From sequence record ON755180.1: 32,000 nucleotides of DNA; one strand, 5' to 3'. The notes under the pieces are model-generated. The model was not told the DNA's origin, did no database searches, and worked only from the letters and a program-made list of their open reading frames with translations. This DNA is from Arthrobacter phage Aoka. Positions 1 to 9,200 of the stretch are shown here, in pieces (within the stretch, counting starts at the first letter, position 1; each line of letters starts with the position of its first letter). The translations under genes were made by a program, and so were the position numbers.

Positions 1-409
1 CACCGAGCGGACCCGGGCATTCCTGAAAGCGATGTCCGCCCGGATCGCCCGGCAGGTCAACGCCGCCACCCTCGACGCCCTCGACCACGCCCGGGCGGAC
101 GGCGGGACCGAGGCGATGGCGCACGTCTTCGACGTCGCCGAGGAATCCCGGGCCGAACAGTCCGGGATGACGGCCGCCGCGGCGTTCGTCGGGTTCGGCA
201 TGGTCGAGGCGGCCCGGCAGACCCGGCCCCAGGCGACCAAACGCTGGCAGGTCAACTCCGGTAACCCGAGGTCCTCCCACTCCGCCCTCAGCGGCGAAGA
301 GGTCCCGATCGACGAGACATTCAGCAACGGCCTGGAATGGCCGGGAGGTCTCGGCGCGGACGCCGACGAGGTCGCCAACTGCCAATGCTCGGTCATCATC
401 ACCAACTAG
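1..409 (+). CDS. MuF-like phage head morphogenesis protein, C-terminal part (gene starts upstream of the window)
   Basis: The reading frame is open from the window edge. The C-terminus 'VNSGNPRSSHSALSGEEVPIDETFSNGLEWPG...DEVANCQCSVII' is typical of MuF/portal-associated proteins, and it sits immediately upstream of the prohead protease. Confidence 0.75.
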   Translation, partial: TERTRAFLKAMSARIARQVNAATLDALDHARADGGTEAMAHVFDVAEESRAEQSGMTAAAAFVGFGMVEAARQTRPQATKRWQVNSGNPRSSHSALSGEEVPIDETFSNGLEWPGGLGADADEVANCQCSVIITN

Positions 410-424
410 CGCCCGGGAGGGTTC

Positions 425-1183
425 ATGTTTACCAAAAGTGTCGCCCTGCAGGGCGTCAAGGCGGGCCCGGATGACGGCCTCAAAGAGGGCGAATTCATCG
501 TCTACCCCTCGACGTTCACGAAGACCCCGGACAGTTACGGGGACATCATCGCCCCGGGCGCATTCCTGGACACGATCGAGGAATGGAAGGCTTCCGGGAA
601 CAACCTCCCGGCCCTCTTCGGGCACCGCTTCGACGACCCGGATTACTACGTCGGCGGCACGATCGACATGTCCGAGGACGAGCACGGCTGGCGGATTCAT
701 GGGTTCTTCGATATGGAGTCCCCCAAGGGCCCGCACGTTTACCGCCTCGTCAAGGGCCGCCGCCTCAATCAACTGTCTTTCGCGTTCGACGTCCTGGACT
801 CCGGCCCGGTCGAGCTCGAGGGCGGCGTCAAGGCGAACGAGCTGCGGAAGCTCAAGGTCTACGAGTACAGCTTCGTCCCGATCGGGGCGAACCAGGACAC
901 CTCGGTCGTCGCCGTCAAGGCGCTCGCCGATGGACTGACCGAAGGCTGGAAGGCCGGCCGCGTCCTCGCGGCCAAACATATTGACTCACTGCGGCAAGCG
1001 CAGGAGGCCATCGGGGCGGTCATCACCGCTGCGGAGGCAACAGACCAGGAAAAAGCCAGCGATAAGCCGCCGGCCAAGGACGAGGAGCTGCCCCCGGCGG
1101 TCAAGTCCGAGGAGCCGCCCGCCGATACGTCCGCCCGCAACCTGGCAGAGGCGCTCGCCCTCGACATCGAGATCAGCGCCTAA
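425..1183 (+). CDS. HK97-type prohead protease
   Basis: Contains 'GEFIVYPSTFTKTPDSYGDIIAPGAF...PALFGHRFDDPDYYVGG...GRRLNQLSFAFDV', a prohead protease pattern, and lies just upstream of the major capsid gene. Confidence 0.93.
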   Translation: MFTKSVALQGVKAGPDDGLKEGEFIVYPSTFTKTPDSYGDIIAPGAFLDTIEEWKASGNNLPALFGHRFDDPDYYVGGTIDMSEDEHGWRIHGFFDMESPKGPHVYRLVKGRRLNQLSFAFDVLDSGPVELEGGVKANELRKLKVYEYSFVPIGANQDTSVVAVKALADGLTEGWKAGRVLAAKHIDSLRQAQEAIGAVITAAEATDQEKASDKPPAKDEELPPAVKSEEPPADTSARNLAEALALDIEISA

Positions 1184-1195
1184 CCACCCGAACCG

Positions 1196-1217
1196 AGGCC
1201 CCGGATCCCCGGGGCCT
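1196..1217 (+). repeat. Intergenic GC-rich hairpin between protease and capsid genes
   Basis: Inverted repeat AGGCCCCGG-ATCC-CCGGGGCCT (9 bp perfect stem) followed by TTCCC. Confidence 0.5.
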
Positions 1218-1242
1218 TTCCCATGCCACGAAAGGGCACGCA

Positions 1243-2547
1243 ATGAGCAAGCTTAAAATGCTGCAGGACGCAGCGCGGGCGGCTGCCAAGTCCGCCACCG
1301 ACATCGCCGCGAAGGCCGACTCCGAGGGCCGTCCCCTCTCCGAGGCCGAGCGCACCGACTACACCGCCGCGATGGCGAAGGGCCGGGACCTGCTCGAGCA
1401 GATCCGCACCGCGAAGGCCGACGCGGAGATCCTCGACCAGGCGAAGGCCCTCGCGGCCGAGATCGGCCCGGACGCCGCCGCCGACCTGGACGGCCAGAAG
1501 GACGCCTCGGGCGCCCTCGCCCGGGTCAAAAACCTCGGCCTGCAGGTCGTCAACTCCGCCCAGTTCAAGGCCGCCGTAGGCGCGTTCCCGAACGGCAAGG
1601 TCTCCGAGAAGGCCCACTTCTCCACCGACCCGATCCACGTCAAGGGCCTCTTCGTCGGCGGCGACTCCGGCTCCGCCGGCGCGTTCGTCACCCCCGAGCA
1701 GTCCGGCATCATCGAAATGCTCGGCCGCCGCCCGCTGACGATCCGCGACATCATCAGCGTCCGCCGCACCGGCTCCGACGCCGTCGAGTACGTCCGGCAG
1801 GTCTCGCACACCAACGCCGCGGCGCCGGTCCCCGAAGCCACCAGCTCCGGCATCCTCGGCGACGGCACCGCGGGCACCGCGACGGCCGTCACCGGCGGAT
1901 ACAAGCCCGAAGGCTCCTGGGCCTTCACGAAGGAAACGGCGAACGTCAAGACGATCGCCGAATGGGTTCCCGCGACCAAGCGGGCCCTGTCCGACGCGGC
2001 GCAGCTCGAGGGCCTCATCAACGATGAGCTCCGGGCCGACATCGCCGAGGCCGAAGAGGCCCAGATCCTCACCGGCGACGGCACCGGGGAGAACCTCTCC
2101 GGCATCCTGGCGACCTCCGGGGTCCAGACCCAGGCGTTCGACACGGACATCTTCGTCTCGACCCGTAAGGCCCTGACGAAGGCCCGCGTCGTCGGCCGCG
2201 TCGTTCCGAACGCGATCGCGCTCAACCCGGTCGACGTCGAAACGATCGACCTCGCCCGCGAGTCCGGCACGACCGGGAAGTTCATCGGCGCCGGCCCGTT
2301 CACGCTCGGCCCGCGCACCCTCTGGGGCGTCCCGATCGTCGAGACCGAAGGCGTCGAGGCGGGCCAGGGCCTCGTCGGCGACTTCTCCAAGGCCGTCCTC
2401 TGGGACCGCGAAGAGACCACGGTCTCGATCACGGACTCCCACGCGGATTTCTTCGTCCGGAACATGGTCGCGATCCTCGCCGAGGAGCGCGTCGCGTTCG
2501 GCGTCACCCGCCCGACCGCCTTCGTCCGGACGGACGTCGCGGCCTAA
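1243..2547 (+). CDS. Major capsid protein, HK97 fold
   Basis: 434 aa with an N-terminal coiled-coil delta domain followed by 'LLGRRPLTIRDIISVRRTGSDAVEYVRQ...', 'LNPVDVETIDLARESG' and 'WGVPIVETEGVEAGQGLVGDFSKAVLWDREETTVSITDSHADFFVRNMVAILAEERVAFGV'. Confidence 0.96.
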   Translation: MSKLKMLQDAARAAAKSATDIAAKADSEGRPLSEAERTDYTAAMAKGRDLLEQIRTAKADAEILDQAKALAAEIGPDAAADLDGQKDASGALARVKNLGLQVVNSAQFKAAVGAFPNGKVSEKAHFSTDPIHVKGLFVGGDSGSAGAFVTPEQSGIIEMLGRRPLTIRDIISVRRTGSDAVEYVRQVSHTNAAAPVPEATSSGILGDGTAGTATAVTGGYKPEGSWAFTKETANVKTIAEWVPATKRALSDAAQLEGLINDELRADIAEAEEAQILTGDGTGENLSGILATSGVQTQAFDTDIFVSTRKALTKARVVGRVVPNAIALNPVDVETIDLARESGTTGKFIGAGPFTLGPRTLWGVPIVETEGVEAGQGLVGDFSKAVLWDREETTVSITDSHADFFVRNMVAILAEERVAFGVTRPTAFVRTDVAA

Positions 2548-2563
2548 GCAGCCGCCCGATGAG

Positions 2564-2597
2564 CTGCGGCGCCCCGCCCCCGGGCCGGGCGCCGCAG
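2564..2597 (+). terminator. Terminator/attenuator-like hairpin after the major capsid gene
   Basis: Inverted repeat CTGCGGCGCC ... GGCGCCGCAG (10 bp arms) in the intergenic gap. There is no clear U-tract. Confidence 0.45.
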
Positions 2598-2624
2598 TCC
2601 CTCACAACCCAAAGGAGCACCAGC

Positions 2625-2900
2625 ATGGCAAAGCTCAAGAATTACGACGTCGTCGTCAACGGCCTCCGGACAACCGTCCAGTACAGCGACGAGGACGCGA
2701 AGCGCCTCGGCCTGACCGGCAAGGACACCGGCTCCGCCGCCGCCAAACGCAAGGCCGCCGCAGACGCGAAGGCAGAAGCAGACGCGAAGGCCGACGCCGA
2801 CGCGAAGGCAGAAGCGGACGCGAAGGCCGCCGAAGCCGCGAAGGCCAAGGCCGCACCCGCGCCGGCGAACAAAGCCGCCGCCGCCCCGGCCAACAAATAA
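2625..2900 (+). CDS. Small Ala/Lys/Asp-rich structural-region protein, unknown function
   Basis: Internal ATG at 2625 after AAAGGAG. Protein is MAKLKNYDVVVNGLRTTVQYSDEDAKRLGL... followed by a low-complexity ADAKAE tail. Confidence 0.7.
   Translation: MAKLKNYDVVVNGLRTTVQYSDEDAKRLGLTGKDTGSAAAKRKAAADAKAEADAKADADAKAEADAKAAEAAKAKAAPAPANKAAAAPANK
2760..2831 (+). repeat. 18-nt in-frame tandem repeat, 4 copies (ADAKAE-type)
   Basis: Consecutive units GCAGACGCGAAGGCAGAA / GCAGACGCGAAGGCCGAC / GCCGACGCGAAGGCAGAA / GCGGACGCGAAGGCCGCC. Confidence 0.85.
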
Positions 2901-2915
2901 CGAGAGGAGGAGGGC

Positions 2916-3431
2916 GTGCTAACGACTCCACCGGACGGCCCCCCGATCGGGCCGCTCGCCCAGGCACAGGACCTCGCCGCCTTCCGCGGCGGACCCTTCC
3001 ATGCCGACGTCGTCACGGCAGCGGCCCAGAGCGTCCGCTCCGAATGCGGCTGGCATATCGCGCCAAGCATCGAGCAGAAGATCGCGGTCCGCACCGGCGG
3101 ATCCGATACCGTCCTCCTCCCCTCGCTCCGGGTCACCGCAGTCACCGCCGTCACCGACCGCCGCGGCGGCACCGTCGACGGCTGGGAAGCCTGGTCCAAC
3201 GGGATCCTCGAGCGCCCCGGAGGGTTCCCCGACGCCGTCGAGATCACCTTCACGCACGGTTACGAAACCTGCCCGCCGGACCTGCTCCCGATCATCGCCG
3301 AACGCGCCACCGCCCAGGCCTCCGGCCGGATCAAAGCCGAGGCGCTCGCGGGCCGCTCGGTCCAGCTCGAGGGCGGATACGACCCGGTTACCCAGACCAC
3401 GCTGAACGCCTACCGGATCGCGGGGCCCTGA
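2916..3431 (+). CDS. Head-to-tail adaptor/connector (gp6-like)
   Basis: GTG start preceded by GAGGAGG. 171 aa with 'ITFTHGYETCPPDLLPIIAERATAQASGRI', typical of head-tail adaptors, and in conserved order after the capsid gene. Confidence 0.75.
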   Translation: MLTTPPDGPPIGPLAQAQDLAAFRGGPFHADVVTAAAQSVRSECGWHIAPSIEQKIAVRTGGSDTVLLPSLRVTAVTAVTDRRGGTVDGWEAWSNGILERPGGFPDAVEITFTHGYETCPPDLLPIIAERATAQASGRIKAEALAGRSVQLEGGYDPVTQTTLNAYRIAGP

Positions 3432-3432
3432 T

Positions 3433-3765
3433 ATGGACCTTATGACCGAGCCGAGCACCATCCGGAACCCCGGGCCGCCGACGGGCGGGTACGACGACTA
3501 CGGCGCCCCGATCACCGGGCCCGGCGCCGAGACGCCAGCGCCCTGCTGGTACGAACCCCGCGGGTCCTCCGAGGACACCGCAGCCAAAGACCAGCAGGTC
3601 GACGGCTATTGGTACTACGTCGCCCTCGGGACCCCGCTGACCGCCGCGTCGGTCGTCGTCCTCAACGGCGCCGAGTACCAGGTCGTCGGCGAACCCGGCC
3701 GGCAGCCCGGCGGGTTCCTCGTCCCCGGGTTCCTCAAGGCCGCCCTCGAGCGGGTCCGCGGCTAA
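3433..3765 (+). CDS. Head-tail stopper-like protein
   Basis: 110 aa with '...VVVLNGAEYQVVGEPGRQPGGFLVPGFLKAALERVRG', in the position of the head-tail stopper. Confidence 0.6.
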   Translation: MDLMTEPSTIRNPGPPTGGYDDYGAPITGPGAETPAPCWYEPRGSSEDTAAKDQQVDGYWYYVALGTPLTAASVVVLNGAEYQVVGEPGRQPGGFLVPGFLKAALERVRG

Positions 3766-4040
3766 TGGCCGAGACCGAGATTAGTTACGAGTTCATCCAA
3801 GAGGCCGCCCGCCACCCCGGCGTCGTCGCCCACCTCGGCGTCGTCGCCGAACGGATCAAGCGGCGGGCCGAGCAGCTCGCCGACTCCGAGGAGGTCGAAA
3901 TGGAAGTCGCCACCGAGGCCGGGATCCGCCCCGGCGGCCGGCCCTTCGTCAACGTCGTCGCCGATAACGCCGAACAGGAGTACGGGTCGGCCCGTATGCG
4001 GCGGCTGCGGATCCTCGGCCGGGCAGGCGAGGCCGGATGA
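3765..4040 (+). CDS. Small head-tail/tail protein (HK97 gp10-like position)
   Basis: ATG at 3765 overlaps the previous stop. 'VVAERIKRRAEQLADSEEVEMEVATEAG...PFVNVVADNAEQEYGSARMRRLRILGRAGEAG'. Confidence 0.6.
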   Translation: MAETEISYEFIQEAARHPGVVAHLGVVAERIKRRAEQLADSEEVEMEVATEAGIRPGGRPFVNVVADNAEQEYGSARMRRLRILGRAGEAG

Positions 4041-4417
4041 GCCGCTGGCCGGATCTCGAAAAGGCCCTCGTCGACCACGTCCGGGAAGCGACCGGCGGCA
4101 AACGCACCGGGACCCTCGTCCCCGGGGACGTCGAGACGCTCCCGGCGTTCGTCCGGATCGCCCGGGGACCCGGCACCGACGACCTGATCACCGACGCCCC
4201 GACGGTCGACGTCGAGGCCTTCGCCCCCAAATACGGGGACGCCGCAAGTTTGGCCGAGGACGTGAGGGAAATCTTCCACGCGCTCCCCGGCCGAAGGATC
4301 GGCCCGGTCCTGATCGACCGGGTCCGGACCATAATGTCGCCCTCCTGGGTGGACTACCGCAACCCGGACACCGTCCGGGTCGTCGCTTCATACCGCATCG
4401 AATACCGCCAGGCATAA
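4037..4417 (+). CDS. Tail terminator protein
   Basis: 126 aa, overlaps the previous gene, lies directly upstream of the major tail protein, and ends in 'DYRNPDTVRVVASYRIEYR'. Confidence 0.65.
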   Translation: MSRWPDLEKALVDHVREATGGKRTGTLVPGDVETLPAFVRIARGPGTDDLITDAPTVDVEAFAPKYGDAASLAEDVREIFHALPGRRIGPVLIDRVRTIMSPSWVDYRNPDTVRVVASYRIEYRQA

Positions 4418-4437
4418 CCATCTAGGAGGAGCCACAC

Positions 4438-5100
4438 ATGACTGTTACCACGTTCACCGACGCCAAAGGACACCTCGGCGCCAATATCCGCAAGATCCTC
4501 GAAATGGCGATCTTCGTCAAGCCCGTCGAGGACGACGACGAGGCGATCACGACCGTCTGGACCGCCGCGTCCGGCCTGACCGTCCCGGCCGGCTACCTGC
4601 CCGTCGGCATGGTCACGAAAGACGACGGCGCGACCTGGTCCCGCGACCAGGAATCCTCGGATGTCACCTCCTACGGGTACGCCGAGCCGACCCGCCGGGA
4701 CATCGTCTCCGACGTCACCGGCCTCGGGTTCACCATGCAGGAGTCGAAAAAGACCACGATGGAGCTCTTCCACGGTCTCGACCTCTCCGCGATCACCACC
4801 GACGCGGACGGGAATTTCTACTTCGACAAGGCCTCCCGCCCGGCCCAGCGGAAGTATCGCGTCCTCGCCCTCGGCAAGGACGGCGACGGCCCCGACGCGG
4901 TCTACGTGGCCCGCTGGCTGCCGAACGCCCAGGTCACCGAGAACGGCGAGCAGGCCTGGTCCGAGGGCGACGAGGTCAAGTACCCCGCGACGTTCACCGC
5001 CTACACCGACGCCCAGTTCGGGACCTCGTTCCGTGAAATCTGGGGCGGCCCGGGCCTCGACCACGCCGCGATGGGCTTCGCCGCCCCGGCCGGGGCCTAA
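4438..5100 (+). CDS. Major tail protein
   Basis: 220 aa with 'TVTTFTDAKGHLGANIRKILEMAIFVKPVEDDDEAITTVWTAASGLTVPAGYLPVGMVTKDDGATW...'. Positioned between the tail terminator and the tail assembly chaperones. Confidence 0.85.
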   Translation: MTVTTFTDAKGHLGANIRKILEMAIFVKPVEDDDEAITTVWTAASGLTVPAGYLPVGMVTKDDGATWSRDQESSDVTSYGYAEPTRRDIVSDVTGLGFTMQESKKTTMELFHGLDLSAITTDADGNFYFDKASRPAQRKYRVLALGKDGDGPDAVYVARWLPNAQVTENGEQAWSEGDEVKYPATFTAYTDAQFGTSFREIWGGPGLDHAAMGFAAPAGA

Positions 5101-5106
5101 TTGACC

Positions 5107-5144
5107 GGCGGCGCCGGCTCCTTGGTGGGCCAGCCGGCGCCGCC
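5107..5144 (+). terminator. Hairpin terminator/attenuator after the major tail protein
   Basis: Perfect 13 bp stem GGCGGCGCCGGCT / AGCCGGCGCCGCC with a 12 nt loop, followed by CCTCTT. Confidence 0.65.
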
Positions 5145-5200
5145 CCTCTTAGGCCCACCACCCCCGAAGACCCTCATCCCCGTCTGAAAGCAGGCACAGC

Positions 5201-5359
5201 ATGGCACAGAAGACCCAGCAGAAGACCCTCGTCTCCGCCGACGGCTCCCGCGAATGGACTCCGGAGGACGCCGTCCAGGCGACGAACCTCCGCGCCCAGG
5301 GCTGGACCGAAAAGCCCGCTACCAAAGCCAAGGCCGCGCCCGCAGCCTCCGGCAACTAA
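5201..5359 (+). CDS. Small protein of 52 aa, unknown function (not in the supplied ORF track)
   Basis: ATG to TAA open frame: MAQKTQQKTLVSADGSREWTPEDAVQATNLRAQGWTEKPATKAKAAPAASGN. It fills the gap between the major tail and chaperone genes. Confidence 0.6.
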   Translation: MAQKTQQKTLVSADGSREWTPEDAVQATNLRAQGWTEKPATKAKAAPAASGN

Positions 5360-5398
5360 CCGAGCACCACCCCACCCATTCGAGAAAGGCCCACCACC

Positions 5399-5806
5399 AT
5401 GACGCAGCACCAGCAAAAGTTCAAGACCTGGGACCAGTACGCCGAGGAGGCCGACGCGCCGTCCTTCGAGCTGCCGGTCTCCGAGGACGAGACGATCATC
5501 ATCAAGGCCCCGACCGGAGCGTCCCTGGTCCAGTGGGCCCGCGCCTACCGGTCCGGAGACGTCGAGGCGATGCTGATCGTCCTCTGCGGCGAGGAATGGC
5601 CGAGGATCGAGCAGCTCCTCGGGAAGGCCGGCTTCAAGGCGATGGAGAACCTCATCACCGACATGATGATCTTCTTCGACCTCGCCGAGGACATCGAACT
5701 CGTCGGCCCCTCCGGCGGCAAGATCAAGGAAAAGGACCCCCGTAAGATCCGGGCCCTTATGAACAAGGGATACCGCCCGGCGGGGGAAGTTCCCTCCCGT
5801 ACCTAG
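5399..5806 (+). CDS. Tail assembly chaperone (gpG-like, upstream frame)
   Basis: 135 aa with 'FELPVSEDETIIIKAPTGASLVQWARAYRSGDVEAMLIVLCGEEWPRIEQLLGKAGFKAMENLITDMMIFFDLAEDIEL', between the major tail protein and tape measure. Confidence 0.82.
   Translation: MTQHQQKFKTWDQYAEEADAPSFELPVSEDETIIIKAPTGASLVQWARAYRSGDVEAMLIVLCGEEWPRIEQLLGKAGFKAMENLITDMMIFFDLAEDIELVGPSGGKIKEKDPRKIRALMNKGYRPAGEVPSRT
5782..5788 (+). promoter_or_regulatory. Candidate -1 ribosomal slippery site GGGGGAA
   Basis: In-frame codons GCG GGG GAA provide G.GGG.GAA. The P-site codon re-pairs perfectly (GGG to GGG) and the site lies 22 nt before the frame-0 TAG (5804-5806). Confidence 0.55.
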
Positions 5807-6261
5807 TCACGCTCGTCGACAAGTACGGGGCCGTAATCGAGGCGGATCTGCACCGTGAGTATGGTCTGGATCTCCTCGATTTCTTCCGCGGCAAATACAC
5901 CAGGCGGAAGCTGCTGAACCTCATCAGGCAGCTTCCGTCCTGGTCACTGACGACCGAGGCGATGGCAAACGACGACGAGCTCGCGGAAATGATCGCGGAC
6001 ACCCCGCCCGCCGACACCGGCCCGAGGGTCTCCGAATACACTCCCGAAGTCGCCCGCCTCGACGTCATAGCGGACCTGCTCGCCGACCTGATCGGCGTCA
6101 CTATCAAGCTCAAGGGCGGCAAGGCCCCGCGTATGCGGCCGGCGAAGCGGCCCTCGACGGCCTACGCCCGGGCGCAGCGGCGCCGGACCGAGCAGCGGAT
6201 CGGGTCCCTGATCGCAGAAGTCGAGGCCGCGCAGCAGCGGGCCCCGGCACCACCACCCTAG
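5785..6261 (+). CDS. Tail assembly chaperone, frameshift extension (gpGT-like, -1 frame)
   Basis: The -1 frame is open from 5746 through 6261 and reads GSSLPYLVTLVDKYGAVIEADLHREYGLDLLDFFRGKYTRRKLLNLIRQLPSWS..., a typical T-extension sequence. Most of it has no independent ATG until 5962. Confidence 0.78.
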   Translation, partial: GSSLPYLVTLVDKYGAVIEADLHREYGLDLLDFFRGKYTRRKLLNLIRQLPSWSLTTEAMANDDELAEMIADTPPADTGPRVSEYTPEVARLDVIADLLADLIGVTIKLKGGKAPRMRPAKRPSTAYARAQRRRTEQRIGSLIAEVEAAQQRAPAPPP

Positions 6262-6282
6262 AAGACCGGGAGACCAAACAAA

Positions 6283-9200
6283 ATGGCACAGGCAACCGAT
6301 GCAGTTTGGCTCCCGGTCCTCCCGTCCATGAAGGGCTTCGGCCCGGCACTCGTCAAGGGCGCCGGGTCCGAAGCTGACAAGGCCGGGGACTCCATCGGCC
6401 GCCGCTTCGGCAAGGGCATCATGCTTGGCACGGCCGCGATCGGCGCCGGCGCGACCGCCGTCGGCGCGGCCCTCTACAAGGTCGGCGAGGTCTTCGACGA
6501 CGTCACGGACACCATCCGGACCGGCACCGGTGCGACGGGTAAGAACCTGGACGGCCTGGTCGACGTCGCGAAGCGGGTCGGGACGCAGGTCCCGGCCGAG
6601 TTCGCCGAAATTGGGACCGCCGTCGCTGACATCAACACCCGGATGGGCCTCACCGGCCCGACCCTGGAAAAAGTCGCCTCCCAGTACCTCGAGGCCGGCC
6701 GCGTCCTCGGCGAGGCGGTCGACGTCGGGAAGACCTCGGCGGCATTCAACGCCTTTGAGATCAAGGGCGACGCCGTCTCCGGGGCCCTCGACCACCTGTT
6801 CCAGGTGAGCCAGGCGACCGGGATCGGCATGAATGAACTCGCGGAGCAGGCGGCGAAAAACGCCCCGGCCCTGCAGACCCTCGGGTTCTCCTTCGAGGAG
6901 ACGACCGCGATGATCGGGTCCTTCGATAAGGCGGGCCTGAATAGCAGCGCCGTGATGGCCTCTATGTCCAAGGGCCTCGTCACCCTCGCGAAGGAGGGCG
7001 AGGAACCGGCGGCGGCATTCAAGCGCGTCCAGGGCGAGATCGCCGCCTTCGTCGAAAAGGGCGACGAGGCCGGGGCCCTGAACCTCGCGTCGAAAGTCTT
7101 CGGCACCCGCGGCGCGACGCAGTTTATCGGCGCCGTGAAATCCGGCGCGATCAACCTCGGCGATATGTCCAAGGCCGCCGGGCAGACCGGCGACACCATC
7201 CTCGGCGTCGGCGAAGATACCGCCGACTTCGCCGAGCAGTGGCAGATGTTCAAAAACAAGGTCCTCGTCTGGCTCGAGCCGATGGCCTCTAAAGTCTTCG
7301 GGGCCCTCGGCTTCGCAATGGGCGAAGTGACCGCCGGCGTGACCGCGTTCGGCGCGGCCTGGGAAGCGAACGACGGGGATATTACCTCGTCCGGGATCCC
7401 GGGCCTCTTCGAGCAAGTCGCCTACTGGGGCCGGCAGGCCTTCGACTACATCAACGGGACCGCGATCCCGGCCGCGAAGGACTTCGGGACGCTCCTCGCC
7501 GACACCTTCGGCCCCTCGATCGAGCGGGTCGGGACCTTCCTCCGCGACGTCCTGGTCCCCAACGTCCAGAACTTCGGCGGCGAGCTCGGCGGGCAGGCAT
7601 TCACCGCCCTGCAGGACGTCGGCTCCTTCCTCGTGACCGACCTCATCCCGGCCCTCGGCAACCTCTCCACCTGGCTCCTCGACAACTGGGACCAGATCGT
7701 CAACGTCGCGACCGGCATCGGCGTGCTGCTGCTCCCGGCCTTCGTCCGGCTCGGGGTCGGCGCCCTCGTCTCCGCCGGGCAGCAGGTCCTCGCCTGGGCT
7801 ATGGCGCAGGGCGGCGCGGTCAAGACCGGCGTCATCTACCTGGCACAGTCCTTTATGATCATCGGCCGCTGGATCGCGATGGGCGCCGCGGCGATCGCCT
7901 CCGGGGCGCAGACCGCCGCGATCTGGGCCCTCTACCGGATCGAGGCGATCAAGGGCGCCCTCGCCCACGGCGCCCAGGCGGCCCGCGTCGCGGCCGGCTG
8001 GGTCGTAATGTCGGCCGCGGCCGTCGCGTCCGGCGCGAAGACCGCCGCCGTCTGGACCGGGACGGTCATCGCACAGGCCGCCTCCGGCGCCGGATCCTTC
8101 CTGCTGCAGGTCGGCCGGGTCGTCGGCGGCTGGGTCCTCATGGGCCTGCAGTCCATGATCCAGGCCGCCCGGATGGCCGCGGCCTGGCTCATCGCTATGG
8201 GCCCGGTCGGCTGGGTCATCGCCGCCGTGATCGGCCTCGTCGCGATCGTGATCGCCAACTGGGACAAGATCGCGAGCTTCACCCGGGACCTCTGGGAAAA
8301 GCACGTCAAGCCGGTCTTCGACGCCCTCGGGAACTTCATCACTAAGGATGTCCCGGCCGCCTTCGAGAAGGGCGTCGGGTTTATCAAAACCGCCTGGGAG
8401 AAGCTGCAGGACATCGCGAAGGTCCCGGTCAAGTTCGTTGTGAATACCATCATCAACGACGGCCTCATTAACGGGATGAATACCATCGGTGGATTCTTCA
8501 ACCTCCCGAAGATCCCCCGGCTGGAGCTGCCCGCCGGGTTCGCCGGCGGCGGCTACACCGGCGACGGCGGCAAGTACGAACCGAAGGGCGTCGTCCACGG
8601 CGGCGAGTTCGTCCTCACGAAGGCCCAGACCCGGAAGGCCGGGGTCCGGAACCTCTACGCGCTCGCGCAGTCCCTCGACGGGTACGCCGGCGGCGGGTTC
8701 GTCAAGCCGCTCCGGGAGCTGTTCGTCACGAACGGTTACAACCGCACCCATAAGGGCGTCGACTTCGCCGCCGGCGAGGGGACCCCGGTCTTCGCGACCG
8801 AGTCCGGCCGGGTCTCCTGGTCCGGGCCCGGCGTCCGCGCTCCCGGGGTCTGGGGCGGGAATGAGATCCACATCGACGGTAACTCCGGGATTCAGTCCTG
8901 GTTCGCCCACCTGTCCCGGATGGCCGTAAGGGTCGGGGATATGGTCCGGGCCGGGCAGCAGATCGGCCTCTCCGGCAATACCGGCATCAGCTCGGGCCCT
9001 CATCTGCACTTTGGGACCTTCCGGGGCGGCTGGCCGAATGATGTTAACCCGCTCGGCTACCTCGGCGGCGCGGGAATGCCCTCGGGCGGCGGGTTCAACC
9101 CGCTGGCCGGGATCCTCGAGCCGCTGCTGGAGCAGTTCAAAAAGAACTTCCCCGGCGGCGGGTTCATGGCGGACCTCGCGATCGGTATCGGGAAGCAGCT

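Noticed and set aside
1180-2442. 420 aa minus-strand ORF opposite the major capsid gene
   Set aside because: Low-complexity GC-frame artefact opposite a certain capsid gene.
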